Under the pieces are notes generated by a model, which saw only the letters and a list, made by a program, of their open reading frames with translations, ran no database searches and had not been told where the DNA came from. A program made the translations under genes and the position numbers. Positions 31,136-32,000 of a DNA stretch of 32,000 bases are shown here, in pieces. Position 1 is the stretch's first letter; every line of letters starts with the position of its first letter. The DNA comes from Mycolicibacterium smegmatis (lineage in GTDB: Bacteria > Actinomycetota > Actinomycetes > Mycobacteriales > Mycobacteriaceae), in assembly GCF_001457595.1 (NCBI RefSeq), contig NZ_LN831039.1, positions 930,001 to 962,000 on the forward strand, written 5' to 3'.

Positions 31136-31170
31136 AGCGAATAGATCGACCGTTCGCAGCGTTAACTATT

Positions 31171-31234
31171 GCGAGTGTGAAACCTCTGCGATTTTTTGGC
31201 GATTTATTCGCAGAGGTTTCGCACTCGTCTTTTT
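31171..31234 (+). terminator. long hairpin plus T-run; probable intrinsic terminator of the LON_N gene
   Basis: GCGAGTGTGAAACCTCTGCGA (31171-31191) pairs with TCGCAGAGGTTTCGCACTCGT (31208-31228): 19 Watson-Crick pairs plus 2 G-U wobbles, with a 16-nt loop, followed by TTTTT at 31230-31234. Confidence 0.55.
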
Positions 31235-31246
31235 GGCCGCTGACCT

Positions 31247-31308
31247 CCGCGAGTGTGAAGCCTGTGCGAGAAAACCGCAGAAATCTCGCTGAGGATTCAC
31301 AATCGCGG
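31247..31308. repeat. second, degenerate copy of the same palindromic unit
   Basis: GCGAGTGTGAAGCCTGTGCGA (31249-31269) matches the first left arm at 19 of 21 positions. Positions 31247-31263 pair with 31292-31308 (17 bp, 2 mismatches). Confidence 0.6.
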
Positions 31309-31320
31309 ACACGTGAAGCG

Positions 31321-31674
31321 TCAGCGCCGCCGGTGCGGGTCGGTTTCGCCGAGTTCGGCCATCTCGTCGCGGGTCAGCAGGTCGTCGCGGATGTTCTGCT
31401 CGCGGTAGGCGAGCTGGCCGACGCGGTTGGCGATCACCGGCGCGGTGATGATCGTGAACACCCCGGCGAGCACCAGCATGCCGACGTCGGCGTTGCCGCG
31501 CAGCCGGATCATCGCGCCCGCGATCACCAGCAGCAGGCCCAGCACCTGCGGCTTGGTGGCCGCGTGCATGCGCGACAAGGTGTCGGGAAAGCGGACGATG
31601 CCGATGGCCGCGGTCAGGGCCAGGGTCGAGCCACCGAGGATGAGAACTCCGGTGATGATGTCGGGGATGTTCAC
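31321..31674 (-). CDS. mnhG: monovalent cation/H+ antiporter subunit G (Mrp/Mnh)
   Basis: GTG 31674 is preceded by GGAGGA. IITGVLILGGSTLALTAAIGIVRFPDTLSRMHAATKPQVLG is the MnhG/PhaG signature region. The rest of track ORF 31321..31950 is an out-of-frame artefact. Confidence 0.8.
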   Translation of the reverse strand: MNIPDIITGVLILGGSTLALTAAIGIVRFPDTLSRMHAATKPQVLGLLLVIAGAMIRLRGNADVGMLVLAGVFTIITAPVIANRVGQLAYREQNIRDDLLTRDEMAELGETDPHRRR

Positions 31675-31961
31675 GGTTTCCTCCGCCGCGGTGGGAGGGG
31701 CTCGTCGGTGTCGGGCACGCGGAAGCGTGCGACGCTGACCGAGCCGACGAAGCTGATCAGCGCCAGCGCGGTCATGCTGTAGGTAACGGTGGTGTCGAGG
31801 CTGAACGCGGCCCACGTGCCGATCGAGCACAACGTGACCGCCACCAGGGTGTCGAGCGCGACCAGACGGTCCAGCGTGCTCGGACCGGCCAGCAGCCGGA
31901 ACATCGTGACCGCGGCGGCCGCGGTCAGCATCACCGCGGCGATACCCCAAACCCAGTTCAC
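31671..31961 (-). CDS. mnhF: monovalent cation/H+ antiporter subunit F (Mrp/Mnh)
   Basis: 96 aa, three TM segments, FRLLAGPSTLDRLVALD motif. GTG start at 31961. GTGA overlaps with both neighbouring genes. Confidence 0.8.
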   Translation of the reverse strand: MNWVWGIAAVMLTAAAAVTMFRLLAGPSTLDRLVALDTLVAVTLCSIGTWAAFSLDTTVTYSMTALALISFVGSVSVARFRVPDTDEPLPPRRRKP

Positions 31962-32000
31962 GAGGCGTCCACCTCCTTCTCCGCTGACGGCTGCCAGTCG
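31958..32000 (-). CDS. 3' end of upstream antiporter subunit (probably MnhE), partial
   Basis: The frame is open to the window edge and ends ..DWQPSAEKEVDAS* with TGA at 31958-31960, overlapping the mnhF GTG. Assignment rests on operon logic only. Confidence 0.4.
   Translation of the reverse strand, partial: DWQPSAEKEVDAS

Overview
This is high-GC (roughly two-thirds G+C) actinobacterial chromosomal DNA. By gene content and order it looks like a fast-growing Mycolicibacterium, close to M. smegmatis; that assignment is from memory and needs a BLAST check. The window is densely coding: about 37 CDS, one clear TPP riboswitch and a few structured intergenic repeats. I could not recognise any tRNA or rRNA genes, IS or transposase genes, CRISPR array, prophage, or known defence or toxin-antitoxin module.

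Gene content, left to right:
- a translationally coupled cassette of type III PKS, ICMT-family methyltransferase and FAD oxidoreductase (alkylresorcinol / polyketide-quinone type)
- a minus-strand transporter string (small membrane protein, APC permease, NCS2 nucleobase permease) divergent from a single-chain tandem-TetR regulator
- a Baeyer-Villiger monooxygenase plus a small DoxX-like protein, divergent from a LysR regulator
- an MFS / M20 carbamoylase-type amidohydrolase / amidase operon
- a tightly packed minus-strand chain: TPP riboswitch, thiC, thiD, alpha/beta hydrolase, Pro-rich membrane protein, cytochrome P450, DUF3303
- a DHA2 MFS pump
- a secreted MPT63-like protein with a long Pro/Ala/Thr tail
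- a conserved mycobacterial housekeeping block: xthA, SDR, GNAT, def, DUF3263, LytR_C, sodC, GCS2 ligase
- a lipoprotein and a tandem Lrp/AsnC regulator
- a LON-N-domain protein
- the 3' end of an mrp/mnh cation antiporter operon

I found no compelling wholly new multi-gene system. The best second-look candidates are:
- the P450-DUF3303 coupled pair
- the orphan LysR/MFS/amidohydrolase/amidase operon with its palindromic leader
- the two single-chain pseudo-dimer regulators (tandem TetR, tandem AsnC)
- the MPT63-like fusion protein
- a possible leader-peptide attenuator ahead of the DHA2 pump
- non-thiamine genes possibly riding on the TPP-riboswitch transcript

All family calls come from motif recognition by eye. 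No searches were run.
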